Position numbers and translations under genes: made by a program. Positions 49,347-63,743 of a stretch of 64,000 nucleotides of DNA are shown in pieces (positions within the stretch are counted from its first letter, which is position 1; every line of letters starts with the position of its first letter). The notes beneath the pieces are model-generated. The model saw only the letters and a list, made by a program, of their open reading frames with translations. It was not told the DNA's origin and did not search any database. This DNA comes from Xylographa opegraphella (taxonomy: Eukaryota): NCBI GenBank assembly GCA_022813865.1, contig JALDZX010000013.1:62001-126000 (forward strand), in the 5' to 3' direction.

Positions 49347-50777
49347 TGGTGGGGATGGGAAGTTGGGGGAAGGTAGCGGGATGGGGTAGGAGTTTTTATG
49401 GAGTATGCGGTAGGGCTAGCGTGAGCATGTAGCGTGCGTTTTGGAGCATCTGTTTCCCGAGCTTGAGAATCTGTGCTTGAGATGGTGGTGGGTTCTTGAT
49501 TGCTTGGCTGAGGCCGTGGGTCTGGATGGCGCGGAGGAAGGCGAGTAGTACTCCTGCGTTCCCGGACGACATGCCTTGAAGATCTAGTCAACCCTCGTTC
49601 GGGCACATGTGTTGAAAGCAGAGAAATATTCCTCACAAACGCACCCTCCTTCTGTCCTTCCTCGCCGTTGCCTTATCGTCTCAGGATCAAACCGCCTTAC
49701 CACATCTCCATGCTGAGTCCATCAGACCATTTTACACACCCGCTTCCCTCTTCGCCATAGCCGCTGGCTCTCCATATCAGTCTCCTCCCTCCTCCTTCTC
49801 CTTGGGCCCAATATTCCCCAACGGGATGAACCCCGTCTTACAGTCTCTCAAACCCACCCCTCCGGATCAAGCACCGCCGCCGCCGGATGTTACACTTGCC
49901 GGAGGGTAGCGAAGCGTGCTGTTCGTAATGCCCTCCCACCATCCTCGCTACGTCCTACACCTCTAGGGAATCTCCGCTGGCTATGGAGACTCCTTCCGCC
50001 TGGCGGGATTAGAATATCGGGACTTGACGACGCCCCGGACGGCGGATGGGAAACTGCAAATGGCGATTTTGTGAGGGGTGAGGGTTGGTGGGAATAGGGA
50101 GCTGGAAGAGGTGTGAACTGAAGAGGGGAAGAGACGCAGATGGGTGGTGAGAGGGTTGGGAGAGGGAGCAGCGAGGAAGGTGTGGGTTGTGGAGAAGGGG
50201 AGAAAGGGGCGGATGGATGAGGGGAGTGGGACGGCAGTGTTGTGGGTGTTGGGTATGCGGAGCGGGGGGCAGAAGGATGAATACTATGGGCGTATATGGT
50301 GGGGATGTGCTCCATGGGACGTTGTTGGGTCGTGCGATGTAGTTGTCGGTGGACGGTTGGAGGTCAGCTCGTGGTGAGAGGGTGGGAAGGGCGAGTCGTG
50401 GTGGATGGGAGAGAAGGAAATATGGGCTGGGTCGTCGAGGCCTGAGTGAGTTTCGGGGTCGTTCCTTCCTCGATGCAGACGACCAGCGTGCAAGCAGACT
50501 CCCGGCTTTCAATCGAGTCCTTTACGTACAAGAAAGCAGTAGCAATAGTATGATCGTGTGCGCGAATAGTTTTTTTTTGGGGGGGGCGCAGCAAACGATC
50601 CTCCCAAATCCCAAAACCGTCTATAAATGTCCGTGATAACACCACCCCAGAACCTGTTCCCTCACATATACAGAGTCCTTTATCTGGACCTTGTACGTCG
50701 GCGAGTGCTGCCAGTCTCTCACTGCGAGTGGTATGTACAGCTCCAGCCCTAAATCCCCGTTGCTAGCATTTGCGTCA

Positions 50778-52485
50778 CTACTTCCCGCATATCTCGCCGA
50801 TCTCCACCCTCCGTCTTTTCATCCTCTTTGCGCTCTGGGGACTCCCTTTGGCGGAGCCGCCTTTACTGCGGTCGGCGTCGCTTCTCGGGCTCTCAGCAAT
50901 GCCGCTCGTGCGGATGGGTGGTAACTTGAGACTGGCCCGGGCCATCTTCGGGCTTTGCATCGAAGACCGGGCCGTGCGTGTGGAGACGGACCCACTGGTG
51001 GGGCTGTAGCCGCTGCCTGTCTGTGACGATACACTCTGCCGCCGGTAAGAAGTTAGATCCGGAGCGTTGGAGGAATGTTGAGCACCGGGTGGATAAGACA
51101 TCGGTTGTTGCAACGACAACGAGCTCAGCGAAGGTACTGGGGGGTTCCAGGCGCCGTTAGAGATTGGCATGCTGGGAGCCATAGCGGGCTTCGCATGTGC
51201 CACCAGAGTGAGGACTAGGAAATACGTCGTCGTTCTGGCCAGGCTGACAGAGATGGGGAATCCGCGCGACTGGCCATCGGGCAGATGAAAGGTCCAATAT
51301 TCTGGACGTTGTTGGAAGCCTGAGGTGGAGGACAGGACATCAAAGATACCTCCTGGAAAGGTAGAGCGAACAGGTGGCAGGTGTGCTGAATCATGCAGCT
51401 CGGCTCGGAAGCTGTTCTGGAGACGTTGGAGTTTGTCACGATCGGAGGCGATGAGGAGATCTCGCAAGGGCCGGCCCTGGAAGTTATATCCGAGAGACAG
51501 TGCTTCGCTGAAAGCATAGTTGCTTTGTAAAACCACAAAGTCCAATGTCAGCAGAGCGATTGGACTCGTTTGCGGTATACCATGGTTAGAAGGTAATGCA
51601 TCCTGATAGCTTGGATGGCTGGGATTGGATGGAGTGATGAACTGTGATGGTTGAGAAGCACCATACAATGATTCCGGTTGAGATCGAATTTCGCGATATG
51701 TGAGATTGCGAGGTTGAGCTGAAGGATCTGAACCCTGCATCATGGGGGATTCGGATTGGGCCGGATAGAGCTGCGCAAGAGTATTCTCACCCCTATAGTT
51801 AACACCACGAACTTGCTCTTCGTCTCTCAATCGTGGCCTACCACGCTTCTTGTGCTGAACATCCACGCAGGTAGCCTTTCCAGGTCAGTAAGCGTTCGAA
51901 GCAATTCAACTCGTGTTTGCGTACCTCTTTGCCAGCTTGCAGGCATCTATTACATGGGCGTCGAGTCTCACAGGCCAAGTGCTTTCTCTTGCAGTTCACG
52001 CAAGCCGAGGGAACGTGCGCTTTGGCTCTTCGCGCAGTGCCTGGAGACCCCAAAGGAAGAAGCAGATTGGCCGGGGCCTCTTGCAACGAGGAGTAACCAT
52101 CGCTCGACCGAATCTTTGGAGAAGTGGCCCCAGTGCTGACGTAGAGTGGTGCTCTCGAAGACCTACTGACTTCTCCTGGTGCATCGTAAGAAGTATGCGT
52201 TAGATTCCTGGAAGGGTGACGCTGGGGACTTCGCCGGTCTGACCGTGTAGAGAGGAGGTTTGAAGAAGTGGAACATTCGTGGCTGCTGCCAGAGTAGGAC
52301 TGGTGATGGGATCCTTGCGCTCGTGAGAATGCCGAAGCAGGAGATGACAGTGCATGAGACGAAGCACGAGATTGCTGGCCGGAATGGGGTAAATGCAATG
52401 AAAGAACTTGACAATTCAAGGGGGATCGTGGTCCTTCGAGCTGCATCTTGTGAATCCGATAGTCTAATCCTGCGGTGGATGGCAT
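50778..52485 (-). CDS. Zn(II)2Cys6 transcription factor with a PAS-like C-terminal region
   Basis: ACVNCKRKHLACETRRPCNRCLQAGKE|ATCVDVQHKKRGRPRLR across intron 51924-51876. Downstream LLTLDFVVLQSNYAF...GRPLRDLL looks PAS-like. Confidence 0.85.
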
Positions 52486-54884
52486 GAGAACCCGGACGCG
52501 GAATCACGTGGTTAAGCTCGACGACCAACCAATGCTCGAAAGGGCGAAGAACGAAGACGTCGCTGTGTGGTGCAATAGAGAAGTCTATGATTTTACTGTG
52601 GTCTGGCAACCCATTCCACAAGCGAAACTCGTAAAGTTTTTCGAAAAAGCGCTTATTATGGCCATCAGTACCATTACCCCTACTGCTCGTCCTGAAGTAG
52701 ACTCACATGTGATTAGCACACTGTGCGTTTGAGTCCTCACTAAGAAAGTTATACAGCAGATCGGGAGTCGAAACACAAGAAAAAGTCGTCTGTATATAAA
52801 GTATCAGAAGCTTACTCACAGTGCCGAAGCGAAGGCGACACCATACATGTCAACTAGCAATCACGATCAGGTAAAAGCATTAGATATCCAACAAGCAGAC
52901 ACTGTCAATGAAGAGAATTTACAGGTTCAAAATGACGCAAAGAGGATATGCGCATCGGCTCTTCCAGTGACTGCAGTGTGTTCGCCGATTCTTTTCGCGC
53001 CATAGTCTTCTGTCTTGCTATGCACCGTTTGCAGACTCATCCTGATGCTCAAGGCCCACAAAGATAGACGAGAGATCAGACCGTCGTTTCATCTTCTGCG
53101 GATAAACGGGTAGAAAGAAGTCTTAAAATCTCAAAACGTTGACCTAGATAACGAAAGGTGGCAAAGAATCGGACTCAAGCTGACGTCGAGATATCTTCGG
53201 CTTCTCTATGAGAGTTTTCAGTACTACGCCATACCCTCAACAACAAGTCCCAGTAATAGCCATTTCGTAACCATACGCCCTCTCGACATCATCTCGGGAC
53301 TTATCTCCATTATCATAAGCTAGGGTGCGATCGTGTAGGAAAATCGGTGCCGTTATCCAACAGCCTCAGTGAGCTTGTTTGAGCGGTCAAAGCAGAAGTC
53401 AGTTGAAAAAATTTTCCGACACTTGCGAGAAATTTCCCTTGCACCTCCGCCGATAGACAGTGGCACGCGAATGCTCTTGCAGGCGCCCGCCAGCTAAAAT
53501 GCCCGCCTCTTGACGAGACACTCACATTAGCGGTCGTGTGAATCGGAAAGTACGCGCCGGCATTGTGAGCGTACAAGGCGCGTGTAAAGCACTGTGACCG
53601 ACAATGTCGGACCAGACGGTCGCTCCAAATACATAAGGCTGGAGGACTTTTGTCGGTCCTGTCTTTGAAGTTGGGTATCGAAGATGCTCCGAGTATAGAA
53701 GCGTCGCGATTCGGTTGGATACGGGCGACGATACCATGCACTCCCCAGACCCGCACCTCCAGAACATTCGCTGGTGCGCATCCATACTTGGTAGAATAGG
53801 TAACCAGGTCCACAGGATTCTAGTGCAGCTCGATTTTCGCAGCGTAAATGCTGTAAGCAGCAAGGATTTGAGAAGCCAACAAACTTCTCGACAGATTACA
53901 GCATGTCTGAATAGCCAAACGAGAGCCATCTGTGCCTTGGCGGTGCTCTTCCATGTCAATTGAAAAACCGATCTCTGATCGACTGCATCTTACGATATGG
54001 CATCTCGATTTGAGAGCTTAAGCAGCGGGAAATTTTCGGAAATGCAGGCTGGAGGAGGCTGGGTAGTCCATAGCAAGCATTAGAAGCACTGTGGGATTGT
54101 TGTACTTGCTGATTTAGGATCTTTGGCTGCACAATAGGAGCAACGGTGCGATTTTTCAACCGTGCCAAAGGTGAAAGCGTAGCTCTCGTGCTCACCGGTC
54201 GTAGGCAATGGGAAGTGCATAAGAATCGGAGATTCAGCTCACACCACGCTACCAGCGGAGAATACTCCGGGGTGACGACGGCGTGATCACTCGTTAGACT
54301 GCAGAAGGTCTCGGAGCATTGTGGATTTCCAAAACTCCAGGAACGATGCCTAGCTTCCTGGCCTCGTGTGGTGAGAAGTTCAAGTCCACATGCAGGATAG
54401 TCGATGGACGATGGTTTCGAAAGGCCATGTTCCCGTAATTCGGGAAAGTCCAGCCCAAGCACCTCAGCTACGATATGTAACTGGATACTGGAATAATGTT
54501 TGGCAGCGGCTGCACCGTTAGCTCAGCCGCAGGCATGCCTGACATAGTATACACACATGGGGACGGTAGTGCGGTAATTCGGAACGACGTTGCACAGCCT
54601 CAGCCAGGAAGCGTGTAGGTTCCGCTGACTTGCGCAGAGTCAGCATGAGCCCAGGCGCTTGTGGGCGTCGGCTAACGTTGGACGGAGGGAACAGCAGAGT
54701 CGGCTCCTCATACGAAACAACTTGAACGGACGAGGTATGCTTGAGAAGCACGTATTTGGAACTAAGATCAGGCTCTTCGCCGAGAACAGGTGTCGCTCAA
54801 TCACTGCGGAACAATGGCGGCGACGTACCACAATAAAATACATTGTTGTTCCCAATCATGAGTAGGACTTTGGTATCCTATTTC

Positions 54885-56360
54885 TTATAAACCGCGCCTG
54901 CGGCTCCGCGGTGTTCCTTCCCCCAGCATAGCCTCTTGCACTGTTTCCCGGACTCCTCCGACCTTTCCAGCAACTCCCAGGATACCTCCCTCAAACTCCC
55001 TGAGAACAGCCGCCAGCTCTCGAACTTGGTCGTCGGCACTCCGTTGTCCTCCATCCCTGTTTTTAGTAAACTGCAATCGTTGCATTTGTTGCACGGTGCT
55101 CGCTTCCAAGCCGCTCAGATACGTTTCCACTTCTGCTATATGACTCTCGAAAGTGCCCAGTGTCCTTGTCATCTCATCCGCCTGATGGGAGAAGTATGAT
55201 ACCAGGTCAGCGCTTCCGCTTTCCTCGGTGTTTCCATCCTGAAGCACAGAGCCTATGTTTTGCGGTGGCTGGGGCTGATTCCACAAATTCGCGTGTTGAA
55301 ACTGCGGTGGTATGCGCAAGTTCTGAATAACCTTGAAACTCAACCTTGCGTCGGCGGCATCTTTCCCCACGAGCTCTCTACCAGTCTCGATGGCTGCAGC
55401 ATCGTTCTCAAGAACCTGTTGCAATGTTTCGAGTCTCCGCGCACAGAACTCTACGTCCTCAGGTATGAAGGCCACTGCGGATTCCACTTTCGGCATTGTT
55501 CCGTCGCACTGTTCGGAAAGGTAAATTTGGTTGAGGATAAATTTATCAACATTTTCAATTATTTTTTGGAGGTCGTCATGAAGATCATTAAAGCGTGTCG
55601 TAGATCTCAGTTCACTGAGGTTAATGCGGACTCCTGGAATAGTCTGCTGGGCTTGAGAATATTGCCCGATACTAGTGGAGAAGATGGATTTCTGTTGTTG
55701 TGACACTGACATGTTGGAGTTTTGGGAGATTAAATTCGGCCGTTGCTGGCCCATATACTGGCTCTGGGCGGTTCCACTGCAAACCAGTCAGTTCTACTTC
55801 CAACGACAAAGGAGGAATAATATTCACAAAATGCTTGGCTTGTTGAACCCTTCTAACAAAGACGATGCTCCTTGTTGTTGTAGCCCATTATTTAGACTTT
55901 GAGTCTGCGCTGGGTTTGAGCCGAAGAGATTTGCACCACCAATGGAGTTATTTCCTTGCTGTTGCTGTTGATTTCCCATTCCAAAAATGCTTCCTCCACC
56001 TGGGGCACCATCTCCTTGTGGCTGTTGTTGACTCGCAAAGAGGCTCGAGCCTCCCTGTGCCGCACTCACTTGCTGTTGAAGCTGAGTGCCAAAGGTACCG
56101 GAGGTACCCGAGATGCCCCCAACTGAAGGTGCTGAGGTTGCATTCGTAGCGAATCCGAAGGTGTTGATAGGCTTGGTTGTTCCAAAAGTTCCCCCGGACA
56201 TTGGAGCTTTCGTGGCATTTGCATTACTAGACGCGGTAGCACCACGGTCAGTTCAAATGTAGATCCATTCGAGCTTGAATTATACTCACAAAGCATTTGC
56301 AGAGCCCGTATTAATGCTTAGACCACCGGGACCACTTTGAGAACGCTGTGGATTGAACAT
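54885..56360 (-). CDS. NUP49: FG nucleoporin Nup49/Nup58 family
   Basis: Three exons. N-terminal FG repeats (TFG, SLF, IFG, LFG), then GVRINLSELRSTTRFNDL and a coiled-coil C-terminus (ELAAVLREFEGGILGVAGKVG). Confidence 0.8.
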
Positions 56361-56950
56361 TTCTGTTAGGGTGCGATGTTGAAGCCGAACATTTCTATTG
56401 AAGTTCTATGTGGAAGTATCAGGCGATTGAAATCATATTACTGTAATCTTCCAACAACGATAGGTTGACCTCAATCACTTAAATGAAGCGTGGTGAAGGT
56501 CATCGTCGCGCTCGCGTGGTGGGTTCAAGAAAACTACGGTACAGTATGAACGTGTGATTAGAGAGTAATGAGGGCCGCTAAAGTAGAGCCGACAAAATTA
56601 TAAAATACGCGAACTTAGAAGAGCCGCTAATCATACAACGCTAATGAGGTTGGTCTCGATATCTCAGGAAAGGTACCTACTCGGTAAGGCAGTCAGCAAA
56701 GAAAGCTCCAGATACGTACCTTGTGGTCATGCAGTTATGTGTGTAATCTAAAGCTTCTAGCGTGACTCATTACTATGTACTGTTGAATCACGCCTCCGTA
56801 CGAAGTCGATGATTGAAAGTGGCCATTTCTCGCAACGGTAGCTGTCTCGTCAAGTGAGGCAAAGTCAATACAGTCAATACATCTGATGATATCCGTATCC
56901 TCTCATTAGTTCACAGTGTACTTCTGAGTCCTTCGACCACTATCTCGATC

Positions 56951-58077
56951 ATGGAGGAAGATGAGGAAGACATGTACGCGCCGAACGAGGGCGACAGCCC
57001 AGTCCCTGTGCCGGTGATAGAAGAGAAAATGGCCGATGCTCAAGGAGTTGGTAACGAGGAAGAAGAGAGTGAAGAAGACAGTGACTCGGTATCCCGTGGT
57101 CCTGCGGGCTATATGTTCAATCGATTCTGATCTGTACTACTCAGGACATAGACATCATCACGGAACGTCAAGATGGTGAGCCTGAGCCTCCATTGTATGT
57201 TCAATGGTGGACTACATTGCGCACAAAGCTGATTCATTTGCTAGACAACCTCAGCGTGTATCTGCGATAAAACCTACACCAGTGAGAACAGCCTCTCCAA
57301 GCGGAGCATCTAAACCCCAATCTGCTCCTACCATCAAGACAGAAACATCCATGAGAGCATCACCCGCGCCTCCAAAGCCTAGCACTAGCTATCCTCCCTA
57401 TAAATCATCCAATATCGATGTCGACTCGAACCCGGTCTATGAACCAAATGGTAAAACCATTTTGAATATTGATATGGATGCTGGTGAGTCGACCTACTTT
57501 TTTTAAAATCGGCAAACTACTGAAGGTTTTCCAAGATTTCCCGGAAGACGACAAGCCATGGCGGAAGCTAGGTACCGATATTACGGACTACTTTAACTAC
57601 GGTTTTGATGAGTTCACATGGGCTAGCTATTGCTTGAAGCAAGAATCCCTCAGAAAGGAAATCACCGACCAGAAGAAACAAATGGAGGACATGCAGAATT
57701 TCCTGGGTATGCCAGGGGCGATGCCAGTACCGGGTATGCCAATTGTAGCTGCAGGACTACCAGCAGCCGTCCCGCCGTTAGGTGGATTAGGGGATATGCC
57801 ACCGGATTTGCAGCAAATGGTGCAGCAAATGATGGCCCAGGGAATGGATCCCTCACACATAGACTTCAACACGTTTTCGCAAATGCTGTCTGGTGGTGGA
57901 GGAAACATGGGTGCGCAAGGATACGCGCAACAGACCCAGCAAGGTCAGCAAAATCAGCAGGGTCAGCAAGGTCAACAAGGGCAAAATCCACAGCAGATGG
58001 GATATGCATATGGTGGGGGCAATTCTGGAGCGGGAAACCGGAATCAAGGAGGCCGTGGTCAGGGCCGCCGGTGGTGA
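56951..58077 (+). CDS. FIP1: pre-mRNA 3'-end processing factor Fip1
   Basis: Acidic N-terminus (MEEDEEDMY...SDSDIDIITE), Fip1 motif [24 protein letters not shown], and a Q/G-rich tail. Four exons. Confidence 0.93.
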
Positions 58078-58633
58078 CCGATAATGGAATATTCTATGCC
58101 CCTTTATTGAAATCATTGAGGCGTTCTTCGTTCCGCTACAGTGTACTCAATGCAGTGGGAGCCTTTTGTCTCTGTTTCGAGGTAGTAATGATAACATTAG
58201 TGCGGTGATCAACTAGTAGTACGCTATTCAGGGCTCGTCATCCTATCATCTATCAATAGTATCGAGCTAGACACTGAACTACCTTACCGATTGGGACACA
58301 TGAGCTATGGTTGTGTATTTCTCATTGAGCCGCCCAATCCTGCCTCCAATCTAAAATACAAATCCGGGTCCTTTCGCTTAGTGCGCCTTGCCCATCTCAT
58401 ACATTATCGCTCCTGCAAATCAAGTTCGGGCTGTGGAAAATCGCAAACATCCTTGGCCAATTCGTGCAACGTTACGCGGCTAAGGTAGATTCATCATCTG
58501 ATCATGGCTGACTGCCAAGTATTTGGCTTCACAATAATCTCCAAGTGCCGATAGCTGTGATGTTCTCTCGCTAGTCAAATATCTCATTCATGCAGGTAGA
58601 TGGCAGGGTTTTGACGCAAGTCGAGAGGACAAG

Positions 58634-60284
58634 ATGGTCGCTCTGGAGCGTCACTCCGAATATCAGCTAGTCACTGAGAAGGAAGCCGAAGATGGGTCTG
58701 CAGCCCGTGACATTCATCAAAACTCTCGCGAGAGGGCGTGCTACGCCCAATGCACCAGAATAAGCATTGCTTGCCTTGTGGCTGGGGTCTTCACTTTGTT
58801 TCTGGCATTTCGGGCGTGGTATGTACGCCATGGTAAGCCGCACCTACGGTTCATGTGCTGATATATGGAAGCATTGCGAGCGGTTCCAGTATATATTCTT
58901 CGTGTGATAGTCCCACAAGTGGCTACCGCTGCCAACCAAAGGTATCCCATTATTGGGGCCAATACTCTCCGTACTTTTCAATCCCGTCAGAGATTCCCTC
59001 CGAAGTGCCCGAAGGCTGTAAGGTCACTTTCGTTCAAGTCCTGGCTCGCCATGGTGCCCGTGATCCGACCGCTGCTAAGACAGTTGAATACAAGGCAGTC
59101 ATCGAAAAAATCAAAAGTCACGTTGAGAATTATTCACCGGAATACGAATTCCTGAAAGATTACGTCTACCGTCTTGGTGCAGACCAGCTGAGCGTATTCG
59201 GACAGCAAGAGTTGGTCAATCTTGGTAGTAGCTTCTACCAACGATACCGTGATCTTGCACAAGCCGTCACCCCCTTTATACGGGCCTCTGACCAAGATCG
59301 GGTTGTAGAATCGGCAAAGAACTTTACTCAAGGTTTTCACCAAGCGAGAATCGCTGATAAGGCTTCTTCCGCTATTGATAAGTATCCATACCCAATAGTC
59401 GTGGTTAGCGAAGAGGATGGCAGCAATAATACCCTCCATCACGAGATCTGCACGAATTTTGAGAACGGCCCCTCAGCGGACGTGGGCTGGGATGCACAGA
59501 AACAGTGGGTCGAGCTGTTCGTGCCGTCGATCAGAGCTCGATTGAACACCAACATGCCTGGAGCGGAGCTAACGGCGCCGGAGACAATCCATTTCATGGA
59601 CCTCTGCCCTTTCGAAACAGTGGCAAACCGAAATGGCAAGGTCTCTCGCTTTTGCTCCCTCTTCACTGAAGAAGAATGGCATCAGTTTGATTATTACCAG
59701 TCTCTAGGCAAATTTTATGGGTTCGGGAACGGAAATCCTCTTGGACCTACCCAAGGCGTCGGCTTCACTAATGAGTTGATCGCACGCTTGACAATAAGTC
59801 CCGTGCACGACCGCACTTCTGTCAACCATACGCTTGACAATTCGGACTATACGTTTCCCCTTGATCGGGTAATCTATGCGGATTTTTCTCACGATAAGTT
59901 AGTATCAACCAATTATGCAGCCAAGGAATGCTAATGCCAAATAGTGACTTGACAGCTATATTCAGTGCTCTAGGATTATACAATACAACAGCGTCGCTGT
60001 CCAACACGTCATCGCAGACCACGGCGGAGACGAACGGTTACAGCGCTAGCTGGACAGTCCCATTCGCTTCACGAGCCTATTTCGAGAAGCTGAAATGCAA
60101 ATCAAACGCAGCCGTTGACAATCTGACATTTGAAGAAGAGCGTGTGCGTGTTCTTGTCAACGATAGGGTTCTCCCATTGCAAAGTTGCGGCGCAGATGCA
60201 TTAGGGAGATGTGCATTGAGCGAATTCGTCAAAAGCTTGAGTTTTGCGAGAAGCGGAGGAGCCTGGGATCAGTGCTTTGACTGA
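58634..60284 (+). CDS. phyA: histidine acid phosphatase / 3-phytase A-like
   Basis: WGQYSPYF, RHGARDP catalytic motif, DFSHD, conserved Cys pattern, and C-terminal GGAWDQCFD. Exons 58634-58818, 58872-59897, 59945-60284. Confidence 0.9.
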
Positions 60285-63200
60285 ATCGGTGGTCGGATCC
60301 AAATGTGAAAACTGAAAGTAACCAGAGGTAGGGCGCAATGGAGGCTTGTTTGCGAACTGTGTGCGAATTGAGTCATAATAAAGTACGACCATTATCCGAA
60401 ATATTCATAGAAATCAAAGCTAGCTAGCAGTACGTTGAATACAGAAAGAAGCCCCCATTCTGTTGACTCTCTGATGTTAGACTATGATCACCCTGCATGC
60501 TTAGAATCCGTCGGTATACTCATTCATTCGTATATCATCCGCAACGTATATGATGGCATAGTAAACCGATCACTTCTCAGCCATTGGGATGCTTGAGGAA
60601 CACACCTTCGGACATTGAAAGCGAAGGACGTCGTGAAAAGGATCCGATTCATGCTCGTTAACAAAAGCGTGCTCTGCCAAACGCGTGTTCGTGCTCAGAT
60701 ATCCTGCGAGAGAGCGAGCTGTCCAAAATAGGACGGAGAATTTCGCTAGCGCCAAAACCAAGAAGCAACGTCGTTTGGGGAAAGGATGAATACTGATGCC
60801 GATAGTTTTAACGGCGATCGTCCATTCTGCGGCCATGCTTCTCATGGGGTATTGCGAGAGACTCTTCCGCTGTTGCAAGGAGTTTCTAGACATCGCAGGT
60901 TGTCCACGAGTGCTATCGTGACGATATCTGGCAACCAAACTCCACTGCGTAGGAAGAACTTGAAGCATGAGCCTTCCATGTCCGCATTACATCCTCCGCG
61001 GGATCGCCGTGTCGTTCGTATATTGTAGACTAGTTTCTTGCCCTAGTAACATGCTGGGGGAAGTGAAGGGAACGGAGGTAAGGATCGAAGGAGAGATCAG
61101 CTTCGGACTAGCTGCGCTCTAGGATTCCCAAAACCAACTTTGATGTGAAGCTCGACTCTCTTCCTCCTTTCTTCTTCTCTAATCATCGTCTCTTCTGCAT
61201 ATTTCATCCATCTTTGGCATCTTTTCGATGCTATTTTTCACATCATAGGTGTGGGTGGACACCGCTTGACATCACGTTGTTCCCGTCATCCTTGCAGCAC
61301 AGCTTTGTATGCTATTGGGAGGCGTTCGTCTGAAATCTGGAATCTGATGTGTGTCGTCCAAGGTAAGGTATCAAACAATTACACAACTGTAAGTCCGCCA
61401 TGGGTTGTCGGAACCCCTTTCCGGCGTGGCTCTGAGCCGTGCGGGGATTCCATGCAATGCTTCGGCGTTGATATTTTCTGCATCGTCGCGTTAATTCAGT
61501 GCTTGAACATAATTTGGTATGGCCCTTGATCTTACTCATGCTGACTTCTCGTGTTGGAGAGCTTCGCTCCGATCAGTCAAAGGTCTATTTTTCAACGTTC
61601 AGCTAAATGCTAGGTCGGTCTCATTATTAACAGTTCGCACACTGGCACAGCATAGCTTGTTGCTGCTACCAAGAGTTCATGCACCAAGAACATCGGAAGC
61701 GCCTCAAAATGGATTCCAGCATTCTCCATTCCCATACATCGCACTGACATCTCAAGAACAGCTGTCGCTTGGTATAGCTTTTTTTGTGGATCTCAATCAC
61801 GCCTAACGAACCCTGAGAGCCAGTGTCAGCTCCGACATGATATGGGTCTGTGCATGAAACTTGCTATACTTCACTCCTGTGGCTAATTTCCGGCCAAACT
61901 CCGGGTTCTATGACGGAAATGAATACCGAAAGAGATTACTCCGCATAGACCATCCCATGACGTGTTTATGTTTGGGCAGAGTCCCACACCCTTCTCGAGA
62001 TGTCTCGCGTTGCAGGATTCCAATTGATCAGGCGCAGATTCTTATATTCCTGAGTGACAAAGCTATTAATCGATGCTTCCAAGAAACAATGAGTTGGACC
62101 GCTGGTCAGTTCATGAAAGCTTGCGAACATCACACCGAAGGGATTCTGGCAAATGTAAATTGCCGGGCGTGTCTGAGGAGATTGCAATCCTGACGTCGTA
62201 CTGCTTCACGCAGTTATCATCGATAGTGAAGGACTCGTCATTGCAGTGAACAAGGACACAGAAGCTTCACATATTTTTATTTCTCTTAGCAATGTCTCTT
62301 GCTCTGGTTATGTTTTACTGACCATCATTCCTTTATATATTAGGACATCGAAACGGCCCTCTGTGCGTGCCAACGACCAGCAATTTTTATACGCAAAGAT
62401 AAGAGGATGGTTCATCGTCGGTCTTGCTCCCTCGACTCCGTCGCCGATGGGTAGTATCTCAAGTCGTGATATCACAAGTTTCGTGGTACAAATGCTCATT
62501 CGACTGTTTCGCACCGCTATTTCAGTCAGCTTCAAACCCATGACCTTTGACAGCATCGAACAACAAGACAGGAAGACTTTGCCTAGGTAGCAAAGACCGC
62601 ACGATGAGAGTGCTCTCCTCGCCGGATCCACCATGCTCTTGGGTCGAGCTGTCCCTGGCATTTTCCTTCCAGACTTCCTCCTCTGAGATGGGTTACCACA
62701 CCAGTACAACACTGCTGGAGCGTATTAAACGGAGCCGCTTACCGTCTTTGTGGGATGGATTCGCTGCGATTCGCTGCAACGAGCCTCGGTCCTTTGCATT
62801 CACGACCGAGGGGTATCTCGCTGCCGCCGACGAGCTCGAAGTGAATATTTCAGCCTGTTGCCAAGGATCCTTCTCTTCACGTGAGTTTTGCTGTGGTCCC
62901 TCTATCTATCTTCTTCATGCACACAGATCATTCTTATTCACGATTATGCATAACCCTATTATCAGAATTTCAACAACAATAGCTCTTGTCTATTGCTAGC
63001 GTGCGGTTGTATTGTATTGACGAGTTCTGTTTGACATATGAATATCGCTGGACATTGTTCTGGATCAAGTCAGCAAGAATAGGTGACATATTTCGCGATA
63101 TCAAGGCTCCTGTGGACCTCAGCATCGTTGTTGCTATACGCCTCGGCAACGTTGAGAATTAACTAGCTACTTTGGTATTAGGAGCTTGATTAGGGCTACA

Positions 63201-63743
63201 TTGTATGCGCCTTGCCCTTAACACTCGTCTCTCATTGGCTGCGAGATCGCAGATATGGGCAATTTCCGCTGATCTGTAGCACAGGAAGTGATATACTTAC
63301 AGGGTTGATTACTAGGATCACTACAAGCATTTGCGATCGATTCAGCGACACTCTGGTCCTCAGTGAGCACATAGGAACTACGAGACACTCTACTCAGGAA
63401 TATTCAGGTTTCACTTCGTTTTTCCAAAGCACTCAGGCTGTGGAGTCCTAAGACGTTCCTTTGCCTCCTCATACTACTTGGCCGAGAAGCTATTATCGAC
63501 GTTCAACAGTACTGTAGTGTGATCTCGATCGCAGGTTGTCTGATATCAGTCTACCCTACAACAGTCCCTAGATCTACACCTTCGCTAGATCCTAACGTCA
63601 AACAACAAATCAACATTTTTCGATTTTCCACGTTCTCACCTCACTTCAGCCCATCCACGAGGTCTTCGATTTAACTCCTGCCTCCTATCAACTGCCGTAT
63701 TCCAGATTGCGTCACGTAAGGCTCGCGTTCCTGGCGTCACAAC

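Noticed and set aside
49890..50512. Pro/Ser-rich minus-strand ORFs
   Set aside because: Explained by purine/pyrimidine-skewed low-complexity DNA; no consistent spliced model found.
52500..54880. Several 70-170 aa ORFs upstream of the second Zn2Cys6 gene
   Set aside because: No motifs or coherent splice structure; probably a long promoter or 5' UTR.
56762..56770. GTGACTCAT AP-1/Gcn4-like site in the NUP49/FIP1 promoter (also TCACGTGA near 817)
   Set aside because: Single short matches are expected by chance in 64 kb; no supporting evidence.
60400..63700. Short ORFs between the phytase and the right-edge gene
   Set aside because: No recognisable domains; cannot support a gene or element call.
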